NCBI GenBank assembly: GCA_039815185.1
Contig: JBCBZT010000011.1
Span: 32,001-96,000 of the forward strand
Reading direction: 5' to 3'
From: Cyanobacteria bacterium P01_A01_bin.123
GTDB taxonomy: Bacteria > Cyanobacteriota > Cyanobacteriia > Phormidesmidales > Phormidesmidaceae
DNA length: 64,000 nt
Shown here in pieces: positions 42,231-51,510 of the stretch. Each line of letters opens with the position of its first letter. The stretch's first letter is position 1. Position numbers and translations under genes: made by a program. A model generated the notes under the pieces. The model did no database searches and had not been told where the DNA came from. It worked only from the letters and a program-made list of their open reading frames with translations.

Positions 42231-42608
42231 CAGCAGAACGACTGACACCAGATCTAACACCGAAAAACAAAGGTTTCGGAACTTTTATGCGACCACCAAG
42301 GTCAAGCAGACACAATGCCAACCCAGAGCGCTGTGGCCTTGGAGCGTTGTTGGTATCAAGTCATAACCCTATCCGAAACCCATGCATTAATTCCGGCACA
42401 AGCTGGAATCTTGAACCTGAGCAACGCTAGTCATGTGACTAAAGCCGTTATGCAAACGCATAGAATTTCGCAACACTTACCTTATAAAGAGAAAACTTAA
42501 GGTAGCCAAAATAACAGTAAGCAGATTTTTTTTCGCTACATTAAATTAACTGTCAAATCGCAGCCTGATGCCGTTCAAGTTATCGATGATGTAGCGATAT
42601 GGGATGAA

Positions 42609-43790
42609 ATGATGCCTGCTGAAAATCTACCAACACAATGGCAAATTTTATTGCGATCTCTGTTGATTTTCCTAATATGGCGTTGTTCATTATATTTATT
42701 GACTTTCTTTGGCCTCCACTTGACTGAAGAATTTGATTTCGAGAAATATGGCTATGCAGAAGGGGTCATTAATGCTGGCAAAGAATGGCAAGCCTTTCCC
42801 AATCATTACTTTTTTGATAGTTTCTTTCGATTTGACAGTACCTGGTTTGACAGCATTATTCGGGGTGGATATTCTATCCAGGACTATCAAAGTAATGTTG
42901 CCTTCTTCCCTTTATATCCTTACCTATCGCGCTGGTTTGGATATGTTATAGGTAATCATTTTTTGGCTGGCTGGCTCATCTCCAATCTAAGCTTGATTGG
43001 CAGTATATTCTACATTTACCGCATTGGCTTACTTTATTTCAAGGCCAAAACAGTTAAACGTGCTCTAGTGCTCTTGCTAATATTTCCCACTTCGTTTTTT
43101 CTGAGTGCTTTTTATAGCGAGGCTTTGTTCCTCTTTACAAGTGCAGCCAGTTTTTACTACTTTCTAACTCAAAGATACAGTTGGGCTGGGATTTTAGGCA
43201 TGCTTGCAAGCCTCACTAGATTTAGTGGAATTCTTTTATTCTTTGCTTTCATTTCTGACATTGCTTACTATTGTTGGAAAGGTAAGCAAAAGCTACATCT
43301 TGAGATGATCTTCTTGACGCTGATTCCAGCAGGCGTCGTCATCTTTATGCTCATTCTCTATGTTCAAGTGGGCAATCCATTAGCATTTATAAATGCGCAG
43401 TCGAGTTGGGGCAGAGAGAAAACTTATCCTTTGCTAACACTGATTAAAACCCTAAACGAAATTAATTTTCAATTTCCGCGAGAACCTAACAACACTTTTT
43501 TGTTATTTGATTGGCTCAGTGCAGTTGGATTCTTAGCAATATCAAGCATCATGGCCTTTAAAAAATATCGATTGAGTTTATGGATTTATGCTGCTTTTAG
43601 TATCCTCTTGCCGCTGTCTACAGGCACTCTGCTTTCTATGATGCGCTTCTGTGCCGTGGTATTTCCAGTCTTCTTCTTCATTGCTGAAATGGCACGTAAG
43701 CCACTCGTCTATCAGTACTTAATTTTTACATTCACCTTCTTGCTTTCAATTTATAATCTTCGATTTATGAACTGGTTCTTAATGATTTGA
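42609..43790 (+). CDS. GT-C mannosyltransferase family (PIG-V-like) membrane protein
   Basis: RFDSTWF, AFFPLYP, FP.SFFLSAFYSEALF, SMMRF; multi-TM; AT-rich. Confidence 0.8.
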   Translation: MMPAENLPTQWQILLRSLLIFLIWRCSLYLLTFFGLHLTEEFDFEKYGYAEGVINAGKEWQAFPNHYFFDSFFRFDSTWFDSIIRGGYSIQDYQSNVAFFPLYPYLSRWFGYVIGNHFLAGWLISNLSLIGSIFYIYRIGLLYFKAKTVKRALVLLLIFPTSFFLSAFYSEALFLFTSAASFYYFLTQRYSWAGILGMLASLTRFSGILLFFAFISDIAYYCWKGKQKLHLEMIFLTLIPAGVVIFMLILYVQVGNPLAFINAQSSWGREKTYPLLTLIKTLNEINFQFPREPNNTFLLFDWLSAVGFLAISSIMAFKKYRLSLWIYAAFSILLPLSTGTLLSMMRFCAVVFPVFFFIAEMARKPLVYQYLIFTFTFLLSIYNLRFMNWFLMI

Positions 43791-43801
43791 ATTCAGTTGA
43801 T

Positions 43802-43844
43802 GTAACGGTAAGTACAAACTGCGCTTAGGGTTGCCCGCTAGATT
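43802..43844 (+). promoter_or_regulatory. NtcA-activated promoter for phyH-puuD
   Basis: GTA-ACGGTAAG-TAC (43802-43815), 23-nt spacer, TAGATT -10 box. Confidence 0.7.
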
Positions 43845-43889
43845 AGTAGACTCCGCATAGTGCTCCCTGCTCCATTACTTGCCTCACCC

Positions 43890-44786
43890 ATGACCTATCA
43901 ATCTCTCCAGCTCGCCGACAGCCAAATTCAGCAGTTTCAAGCCGACGGCTTTTTGATCTTAGAAAACTTCATCGAGATGGATTTAGTCGAGCGAGTGCGC
44001 GATCGCATCGAGCCGTTATTCCACGGCAAGTTTGAAACGGGCATCTATCCCGATGAATGGTACTGGCGACCGGGGTTGAGCCTGCCCGATGTCACCCGTG
44101 AAATCTGCAATGCTTGGAAATGCGATCACACCATTGCCAGCGTCTCCCTCTCTGCCACAGTCGGTCGTCTCAGTGCCCAACTCGCAGGTTGGCCCGGAGC
44201 CCGCATTGGTCAAGATAGCCTGTGGTATAAGCCCCCCGGTGGCGGCAAAGAGATTGCCCTGCATCAAGACGGGGCATATATCGACTATCTCGCACCCGCC
44301 GAAATGATTACCTGCTGGATTGCCCTGGATGACGTCAACCTCGACATCGGTACCCTGCAATACGTCCGTGGATCGCACCGCTGGCCTTTACTGTCTTCTC
44401 TAGAGGGTGAATTCCACGCCCCCACCAAAGACTACCGCTGGGCCATGCTAGAAACCGCTAGAGCAGCAGGCGTTAATGAACCTGAGATCGTCCCCGTCAC
44501 CATTCCCGCTGGGGGCTGTGCCTTCCACCACGGCCTCACCTGGCATGGTTCCGGCAAAAACCTCAGCCAAAGCCACCCCCGACGCAGCCTCGGCATCCAC
44601 ACCATCAGCTCCGAAGCCCACTTCAGCGAGCACCCCGCAGGCTACATTTACGGACGCTACAAACATGTCAACGACAATGTGATGGATGAATCCTTTTTCC
44701 CCATTTTGTGGACTGAGGGTGGTCATCGTTCGTCACACTTGGCGGATTACTGTAAGGACGCGATCGCGCCGTTAGCGTTGGTTTAG
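43890..44786 (+). CDS. PhyH-family Fe(II)/2-oxoglutarate dioxygenase
   Basis: GFLILENF, LHQDG (HxD), CWIALDD, WHGSGKN..RR. Confidence 0.9.
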   Translation: MTYQSLQLADSQIQQFQADGFLILENFIEMDLVERVRDRIEPLFHGKFETGIYPDEWYWRPGLSLPDVTREICNAWKCDHTIASVSLSATVGRLSAQLAGWPGARIGQDSLWYKPPGGGKEIALHQDGAYIDYLAPAEMITCWIALDDVNLDIGTLQYVRGSHRWPLLSSLEGEFHAPTKDYRWAMLETARAAGVNEPEIVPVTIPAGGCAFHHGLTWHGSGKNLSQSHPRRSLGIHTISSEAHFSEHPAGYIYGRYKHVNDNVMDESFFPILWTEGGHRSSHLADYCKDAIAPLALV

Positions 44787-44968
44787 GGAGCAGGGGCAAG
44801 GGGCGCGAGGGAAGCAAGGGGAGCAAGGGAGCAAGGGAGCAACGCAACTCTGCTGCATCTTAAACTCACCTAGAACTCTTCATAAATCTTGCTCCCCCTG
44901 CTCCTCCGCTCCCCCTACCTCTCCATCTCCCCCCCTCCGCTCCCTTGCCCCCTATCTATCCATCTCCC
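44787..44968. repeat. GGGAGCAA/TTGCTCCC inverted short-repeat tract
   Basis: Purine-rich arm and pyrimidine-rich arm between phyH and puuD. Confidence 0.55.
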
Positions 44969-44969
44969 A

Positions 44970-45695
44970 ATGCCTCCCCTGATCGGCATCACCACCTACG
45001 GACGCAATGCCCATAATCAATTTCACCTCTATGCCAACTACGTTGAAGCAGTACGCCTCGCGGGAGGTGTCCCAGTCCTGCTGCCCCCTAGTGAAGCCCA
45101 ACTAGAGGTCTTGCTAAAACGACTCGACGGCATCATTTTCACCGGGGGAGGGGATGTGTCTCCTGACTGCTTCGGTGGGGACAGCCATCCGATGATCTAC
45201 AGTTTGGATTTAGAGCGCGATCGCTTTGAGTTGCAATTCGCTAAACTTGCCCTCAATGCAAACGTGCCAATTTTGGGCATTTGCCGGGGGCTACAGGTGC
45301 TCAACTTAGCCAGTGATGGCGATAAACTGATTCCCCACGTTCCAGATGTCTTCACAACCCTGGGCCACCGCATCGAACCCTCTAATGTAGAAACGCGGGC
45401 TCAGCCGACAAACCACTGGGTACAGGTAAATCCTGAAAGCCACCTAGCCCAAATCGTTGAAGCAGAGCGTATTCCCGTTGTCTCTTGGCATCACCAGGCG
45501 ATCAAAACTGCACCACCGGGCTGGCAAGCCGTAGCCCATGCGTCGGATGGTTTGATTGAGGCGATTGAGCACCCCTATCACCCCTGGCTCCTTGCAGTTC
45601 AGTGGCATCCTGAAATGTCCATTGATGATGGGTATCAGTTGAAGATTTTTCAGGCTTTTGTCGCTGCTGCGAACGGTAATCGGCAAATGACGTAG
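44970..45695 (+). CDS. gamma-glutamyl-amide hydrolase (PuuD-like, peptidase C26)
   Basis: PLIGIT, TGGGDV, GICRGLQ, HHQA, VQWHPE; ATG at 44970. Confidence 0.9.
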   Translation: MPPLIGITTYGRNAHNQFHLYANYVEAVRLAGGVPVLLPPSEAQLEVLLKRLDGIIFTGGGDVSPDCFGGDSHPMIYSLDLERDRFELQFAKLALNANVPILGICRGLQVLNLASDGDKLIPHVPDVFTTLGHRIEPSNVETRAQPTNHWVQVNPESHLAQIVEAERIPVVSWHHQAIKTAPPGWQAVAHASDGLIEAIEHPYHPWLLAVQWHPEMSIDDGYQLKIFQAFVAAANGNRQMT

Positions 45696-45769
45696 CACTT
45701 GCTATGTTGGCTATGGCGTCTCCCGAAGGGAGAAATCCCCAAGCCAATCCCCAGCTTAATTCTGTACGC

Positions 45770-47830
45770 TCAGACCCTATCGGCGAAGTGATCCAGTAGC
45801 TCTCGGTGCAGAAAGCGATAGCTGCCGCCAACCCGCTGCAATAGGCGACGCTCTACACAGTAGTTGAGGAACTGGGCTAAGTTCCAGGGAGCGATGCCCT
45901 GCTGCCAGAGTACCCAGCGCAGGCAAACGTGCTGAGCGCAGGCCAAGCCGCCGCCAGATAAAAAACCAAAGAGCAGCGCACCAAAAATGCCGGGGAGGAT
46001 GAAGCTGGGAAAGATTTGCCAAAGCGTACTTAAAATCGCTTGTCCACTCTCTCCCTCAGCAACACCTTGGGCAACAGTTGAAGGAAGTTCGCCAAGACTT
46101 GCAAGAATGATGCCAAAGGGATAACTGAGGACTGTTGTCCATAGACAGCTTTTCAGAGAATTCCAGATGCCTTGATTGGGGTGTGATCGCACTTGTAAAT
46201 CTTGCTTCAGCCCTCCAATCAGCCCGAAAATCAGTCCTACAATCAGCCCTACAATCAGCCCTCCAATCAGCCCTCCAATCAGCCCTCCAATCAACCCTCT
46301 AATCAGCCCTCTAATCAGCCCTACAATCAGCCCTACAATCAGCCAACCTTTCAAACTGTCTAAAATTTCTCGTCGCACCTCGTATGACATCGAAATTTTG
46401 AACGTCTCAACAGAGGCGATATCATCCAGCCATCCAATCAGCCATCCAATCAGCCCTACGATCAGCCCTCCAATCAGCCCTACGATCAGCCCTCCAACCA
46501 GCCCTAAAATCAACCCTAAAATCAGCCCTAAAATCAGCCCTAAAATCAGCCCTAAAATCAGCCGATATTGCCGTCTAGCTTGCTTTGCCTCTAGCCAGCT
46601 TGGCTGTATCTGTTCAATCAGCAGTTCCACCCGGTTGGCTTGCTGCAACTGTCGCGCAATCCAGGCTAGGGGCTGCTGAGTGCGTCGCCGATTAGGTTCC
46701 TGTGCCAGGGTTGGGTAAGCCCAGCCTTTTTTCGATAAATCTTCCCGACGATTGCTTTCCCGCACTTCGTGCGACAACTGCCAGTCAATATACTGGCGGA
46801 TCAACTCTGTTTTATTTTCAAAGGGCGCTTTCGGGTCGTAAGTCCGCGCTGCCAGCGCCACGAACAGCGGTACCCGCAGCAGCCCCGGATCCCCCTCTGC
46901 GGTTGGCTCCAACAGCTTTCCGAGCCGAGGATTGGTGGCAATCGCCGCCCACAGCGGCGACTGCCGCGCCGCCAAAAAGATTTGGATCTGCTCATCGGTC
47001 AACAGCTCTAAGCGGATTGCCCCGTTCAGCGTGTTCAGCTTAATGCCCGCCTGAGTAAATTCCTTGGTTCGGCAACACACCACCAGATGGGGATACTGCC
47101 CCGCAAATTCCTTCAGTTTTTGAGTGCATTTTTGCTGCCGTTCCATTCCCAGCTCATCCAGGCCGTCCATCAGCGGCAGCAGCGCCTGCTGATCCAGCCA
47201 TCGTTCATACAGCTTGGCTTTGCGATTGCCCCCGTGCTGCTCATACAGTTGCTCAATCAGCCAATCGCGAATGCTTTGATTATCTTTCCGCCAAGTCGAG
47301 AGTTCAAACACCACCGGAATCACCGTTTGCGGCTGAGCCAGGGCACCGCACATCAGTTGCTCCGCTAACCCCAGCAGCGCCGTCGTTTTCCCCGCACCGG
47401 GGGTCCCCAGAATCAGCAGCTTCCGGGCGATGTCCTCCCGCCCAAAGGTTTCAATCAAAAGCTGACGCGGATCGAGGGTGTCCTCTGGCTTCCCCTCAAT
47501 CTGCAACACTCGCTCCGCTTCCAACGGCGACCGCCCCACCCAACTCAGCTGCTCCCGAAAGTTGACGGACATCAGTGCCTTATCCCGACCCAACGTATCC
47601 ATCAGCCGTTTACGAATCTCAGGCAGTTGCTTTTCCTTCAGCAGCCGCATTGCCCAGTGCCAGTCCACCCCTGATGATGCAGACTGCCCGAACTGCACAA
47701 GAGCCTTATTGATCGTGACCTGATTATCGTGGCTATTTTCAAAGCTAACGGCATCTCCCCCGGCCTGGGTGAGCTGAACCTGGCTATTCTGAATTTGGCT
47801 ACCTTCGATGTTTTGGTCTTGCCCTGCCAT
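45770..47830 (-). CDS. NACHT NTPase with multi-TM Gly-Leu-Ile repeat region and Q/N-rich N-terminal motif
   Basis: GTPGAGKTT Walker A, LMDGLDEL Walker B, GGSYRFLHRELLDHFA C-terminus. Confidence 0.9.
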   Translation of the reverse strand: MAGQDQNIEGSQIQNSQVQLTQAGGDAVSFENSHDNQVTINKALVQFGQSASSGVDWHWAMRLLKEKQLPEIRKRLMDTLGRDKALMSVNFREQLSWVGRSPLEAERVLQIEGKPEDTLDPRQLLIETFGREDIARKLLILGTPGAGKTTALLGLAEQLMCGALAQPQTVIPVVFELSTWRKDNQSIRDWLIEQLYEQHGGNRKAKLYERWLDQQALLPLMDGLDELGMERQQKCTQKLKEFAGQYPHLVVCCRTKEFTQAGIKLNTLNGAIRLELLTDEQIQIFLAARQSPLWAAIATNPRLGKLLEPTAEGDPGLLRVPLFVALAARTYDPKAPFENKTELIRQYIDWQLSHEVRESNRREDLSKKGWAYPTLAQEPNRRRTQQPLAWIARQLQQANRVELLIEQIQPSWLEAKQARRQYRLILGLILGLILGLILGLILGLVGGLIVGLIGGLIVGLIGWLIGWLDDIASVETFKISMSYEVRREILDSLKGWLIVGLIVGLIRGLIRGLIGGLIGGLIGGLIVGLIVGLIFGLIGGLKQDLQVRSHPNQGIWNSLKSCLWTTVLSYPFGIILASLGELPSTVAQGVAEGESGQAILSTLWQIFPSFILPGIFGALLFGFLSGGGLACAQHVCLRWVLWQQGIAPWNLAQFLNYCVERRLLQRVGGSYRFLHRELLDHFADRV
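46206..46563 (-). repeat. two blocks of 12-bp coding tandem repeats (GLIx)n
   Basis: ATCAGCCCTCCA/ATCAGCCCTAAA units at about 46206-46345 and 46427-46563. Confidence 0.85.
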
Positions 47831-47884
47831 TATTGCCGCTTATCCTGCCTGCTTTCTCTGGTGCCCTTGCCCCTTACCGTTGAG

Positions 47885-48367
47885 CTACAGCCCAAAGAAC
47901 GTAACCGCTACCCCAATCCACGGCGCAACCGCCTTAAACACCTCCGTCCCCGTTTGCCAAAGGCTCTTACCCGCTTCAGTGCTGTCCTTCAGCGTTTTCA
48001 GCGTTTCGCTAACCTGCTTCAGGTTTTGTCCCACCAGTTCCTTATTGGGGGTTTCCTTTCCCGCCGCTCGCTTCGCCGGACGCAGATAATCCAGCAGTTC
48101 CTCCTGCATCGCTGGGGTGAGGGCAGTGCCTTTCACAGCCGCTTCCAATTGTTCAATCAAGCCAACCACCTCTGCGCCGGTTAGCCCCTGCTGCTGAGCT
48201 TGCAGATCTCCAGTTTGGTTCTGCTCAAGGTCCCGCCCCGCTTGGCCCATTTGCACCATGCCCCCGGTTAGCGTGACGTTGCTGAGGCTTTGGGACTGAT
48301 CGGGCTTACCTGATTTCGGAGACTTCTTCCAAAACATTTTTTGCGAGCCGCTAGTTTGTCCCATCAT
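47885..48367 (-). CDS. small protein: N-terminal Q/G-rich motif + helical domain with hydrophobic C-terminus (start may be 48337)
   Basis: 160-aa ORF co-oriented and ending 54 bp upstream of the NACHT gene. Confidence 0.75.
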   Translation of the reverse strand: MMGQTSGSQKMFWKKSPKSGKPDQSQSLSNVTLTGGMVQMGQAGRDLEQNQTGDLQAQQQGLTGAEVVGLIEQLEAAVKGTALTPAMQEELLDYLRPAKRAAGKETPNKELVGQNLKQVSETLKTLKDSTEAGKSLWQTGTEVFKAVAPWIGVAVTFFGL

Positions 48368-48446
48368 ATTCGCTTTTTAAGAGCGTCCATTAGACAAACT
48401 GCGATCTTCAATAATCTTGTGCTTGAAGGTCATTTGTGGCGATCGC

Positions 48447-48703
48447 AACGGCAAACAATCTCCAGCCCCCAAACCATAGCCGATAAAATCGTCCTCATCC
48501 CCGAATCAGAAGAGGATATCGACCCAGGTGACGATCCCACAGAAACTGTAATTGAGGGTATTCGTGAAGGCTGGCAGCAAGCTCTTACCGCCGAAGTGTA
48601 ACCTGTTTCAAAACTTTGGGACAGAATGGAGTCGAATGATTCACCAATTCAAGTTGGCTTCACGAAACGCTTTGAGAGGGCGTTTGAAAAGCGCGATCGC
48701 TGA
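48447..48703 (+). pseudogene. degraded type II toxin-antitoxin pair (antitoxin fragment + RelE/HigB-like toxin 5' fragment)
   Basis: DDPTETVIEGIREGWQQALTAEV*PVSKLWD, then MESNDSPIQVGFTKRFER* truncated. Confidence 0.55.
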
Positions 48704-48924
48704 GATGTTGCAACCATAGACACTCTAAATCATGAAGGTTATCGAAAAGACATCTACAACTTTGAAGCTAAAGTCGGCAAAAACGGCTTACCCCCTACTC
48801 GACTAGCCGTTCACGCCACGATTCTTCCTCAGCCTTTGACTCGTTTCTGGAGCCCTCAAGCGATGTCTGTCAGGGCTGCATTCTGCTAACGCTATAATCC
48901 AGGTACCTCGTTCCTGTTCTTTGT

Positions 48925-49509
48925 ATGGCCTTAATTACAGCCAAGCGCTTCAGCGTAGAAGAGTACCATCGCTTAACAGAGCTGGGCTTTTTTCAGAGTG
49001 ATGAGCGGCTTGAGTTGATACACGGGGAAATTATCCAGATGGCAGCCAAAGGTGTTGCCCATGAAGTGTTTTTGACACGCTTGCTGAGAGAGCTGCCCAA
49101 ATGTTTGGCAGAAACGGTTACCCTCCGTTGCCAATCCCCCATCACCTTGTCACCAGACAGCGAACCCGAGCCAGACTTTGCGATTGTCCGCAATCGAGAC
49201 GATGATTACTTTGAGGGGCACCCTCAGCCAGCCAATATCCTATGGCTAATCGAGGTATCTGACTCATCACTCGCTTATGATCAGTCGGTCAAGCTGGCGA
49301 TGTATGCTGCCCACGGCATTACACACTATTGGATTTTCAACTTACTGGATAGCGTTCTAGAGTGCTACAGCGACCCCTATCAAAATCAGCAAGGGACTTG
49401 GGCCTATCGGATGAAGCGAATTTATCTGCCGACAGAAACAGTTATGATTCCCCAGCTGGATACTCAATCATTGCTGGCGCTGGGTAAGGTATTTCCACCA
49501 AATCAATAA
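48925..49509 (+). CDS. Uma2 family endonuclease
   Basis: FSVEEYH, ELIHGEII.M, PEPD, IEVSDSS, YWI. Confidence 0.9.
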   Translation: MALITAKRFSVEEYHRLTELGFFQSDERLELIHGEIIQMAAKGVAHEVFLTRLLRELPKCLAETVTLRCQSPITLSPDSEPEPDFAIVRNRDDDYFEGHPQPANILWLIEVSDSSLAYDQSVKLAMYAAHGITHYWIFNLLDSVLECYSDPYQNQQGTWAYRMKRIYLPTETVMIPQLDTQSLLALGKVFPPNQ

Positions 49510-49517
49510 GCAGAATA

Positions 49518-50099
49518 TCAGCCCCTGCGTTTCAACCAATGAAAAATCATCTCAGCAGAAAGCTGTAAGTCAACATCTGGCAAACAGGGCAGTAAGCTAG
49601 CCCCGCTTAATAACGTTGGCAGACGATTGGGTTGATAGCAAAAAACCGATTTTTCTTGGGGGTCAAGCAACCAGCCTAATCGCGTTCCGTGCTCAAGACA
49701 GTGCAGAATATTGCCAGTGACTCGGGTTTGACTTTGATTCGGCGATAAAATCTCAATCACCCAGTCGGGCGCGAATTTAATGCCACCACTAGAAATCTCG
49801 CCATCCTCGTCAACTGGAATTTGATCACTCGCTGCGACGACAATATCGGGCACAATCGAGCGTCCCCCGAACGTACACCGTAGCTCTGGAAATGCTTCAT
49901 AAGCACTCTCTAAAGCGTCAATGGCTGCAACTAGTTTTTTCTGCAAGAGGCTGTGTTTACTGCCACCCATCGGTTTTTGGCTGATTTTGCTGTTGCCGTA
50001 TTCCCAAGCAGGCGATTCGTCAATATAAGGCAGTTGTAAGAATGCCTGGAGTGTCATGGATTGGGGAGGAGCAACCGTCATCTCAAGCCTCTCAATCAT
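49518..50099 (-). CDS. Uma2 family endonuclease
   Basis: FPELRCTFGGRSIVPD, APDWVIEILSP, GWLLDP. Confidence 0.9.
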   Translation of the reverse strand: MIERLEMTVAPPQSMTLQAFLQLPYIDESPAWEYGNSKISQKPMGGSKHSLLQKKLVAAIDALESAYEAFPELRCTFGGRSIVPDIVVAASDQIPVDEDGEISSGGIKFAPDWVIEILSPNQSQTRVTGNILHCLEHGTRLGWLLDPQEKSVFCYQPNRLPTLLSGASLLPCLPDVDLQLSAEMIFHWLKRRG

Positions 50100-50109
50100 T
50101 ACCGTAAGA

Positions 50110-51510
50110 TTAACGCCTTTTCAGATGCCAACCGCGAGGTTGCGTAAATGTGCGAATGCCTTCTAAAGAAAGCGTTGCCCCCAACCCAGAATGTCCCCGC
50201 CCCGTCCACGGCAGCGGTGGACTCACCCGATCGCAGCAGTTCCAGTAGGCCGTACCGCTATTCACCTGGCCCAAAATTTTCAGGGCGCGATCGCGCTCAG
50301 CCCCATACACCGCAGCCGTCAACCCATAGGGCGTATCGTTCATTAACGCGATCGCTTCGGCATCACTGTCCACCTTTTGAATGCCGATCACCGGGCCAAA
50401 AGTTTCATCTCGCATCACCGCCATGTCATGATTGACACCCGTCAACACCGTGGGTGCAAAGTACCAACCTTTCCCATCGATGGGGTGACCGCCAGTCTGT
50501 AAAGTAGCGCCTTGGGCGATCGCATCTTTGACCTGTCGTGTTAGCTCGCTCAGATGGGGCTTGCGGCTGACCGGGCCGAGATAGGTCTTGGCATCGCTCG
50601 GGTTACCCATCACAAACCCATGAACCGTATCCAAAAACGCCTCTAAAAAAGCATCGTAGACATCAGCATGGACATAGATGCGCTCTACCGCACAGCAGCT
50701 TTGGCCGTTGTTATAAAAGGCCCCATCTGCCAGGGCAGCGGCCACAGCCGCGACATCGGGCACATCGTCACGCACATAGGCCGGATCTTTGCCGCCCAGT
50801 TCAAGCTGCACCTTGATCAGTTGGGCGGCAGCAGCAGCGGCAATCTTTTTGCCCGTGGCGTAAGACCCCGTGAAGCAGATCGCGTCTAAGGGTTGCTCCA
50901 GCAAGGCAGCACCTGTCAAACCACCCCCAATGACTGGGATGAAAACATCTTCGGGAACGCCTGCGGTGTGGAGCAACTCAGCGATCGCCAACCCGGTCAA
51001 TATCGAAAACTCGGACGGCTTGTACAAAACCGTATTCCCTGTCAGCAGCGCCGGAATAAACACGTTGGAACCCACAAAATAGGGGTAGTTCCAGGCAGAA
51101 ATGTTGGCAACTACCCCGAGTGGGTCATGGGTAATCACCTCTTCTAACGCCGCCATACCGGGGATGGTGACAGCATCCTGCTTAACGATCTCTGGGGCGA
51201 TTACCTGAGCCACATGATGGGTAAAAAAGTTGATCCGCTCTACCGTGGTGCCGATTTCAGCATTGGCCTGGGTGATGGGTTTGCCCGTTTCTGAAGTTAG
51301 GGTGGCGGCTAATGCAGTCTGTTGCTGCGTGAGTAAACCTTGAAACCGGGCGATCGCGTCAATTCGATCTGCCAATGGACGAGCTGTCCAAGTGGGTTGA
51401 GCCGCTCTAGCTGCCGTGACTTTGCGTTGCACAGCGGCGGCATCGTCTATGGGGACTTCTTTAACCAGCGCCTCAGTGGCTGGGTTGATGATCGAAAGGA
51501 CGTCACTCAT
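50110..51510 (-). CDS. aldehyde dehydrogenase
   Basis: AWNYP, KPSE, FTGS, LELGGKDP, GQSCC, ETFGP. Confidence 0.93.
   Translation of the reverse strand: MSDVLSIINPATEALVKEVPIDDAAAVQRKVTAARAAQPTWTARPLADRIDAIARFQGLLTQQQTALAATLTSETGKPITQANAEIGTTVERINFFTHHVAQVIAPEIVKQDAVTIPGMAALEEVITHDPLGVVANISAWNYPYFVGSNVFIPALLTGNTVLYKPSEFSILTGLAIAELLHTAGVPEDVFIPVIGGGLTGAALLEQPLDAICFTGSYATGKKIAAAAAAQLIKVQLELGGKDPAYVRDDVPDVAAVAAALADGAFYNNGQSCCAVERIYVHADVYDAFLEAFLDTVHGFVMGNPSDAKTYLGPVSRKPHLSELTRQVKDAIAQGATLQTGGHPIDGKGWYFAPTVLTGVNHDMAVMRDETFGPVIGIQKVDSDAEAIALMNDTPYGLTAAVYGAERDRALKILGQVNSGTAYWNCCDRVSPPLPWTGRGHSGLGATLSLEGIRTFTQPRGWHLKRR

Noticed and set aside
46176..46679. ISP-repeat ORF and possible CRISPR-like periodicity
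   Set aside because: Antisense of the GLIx coding repeats; no unique spacers and no cas genes
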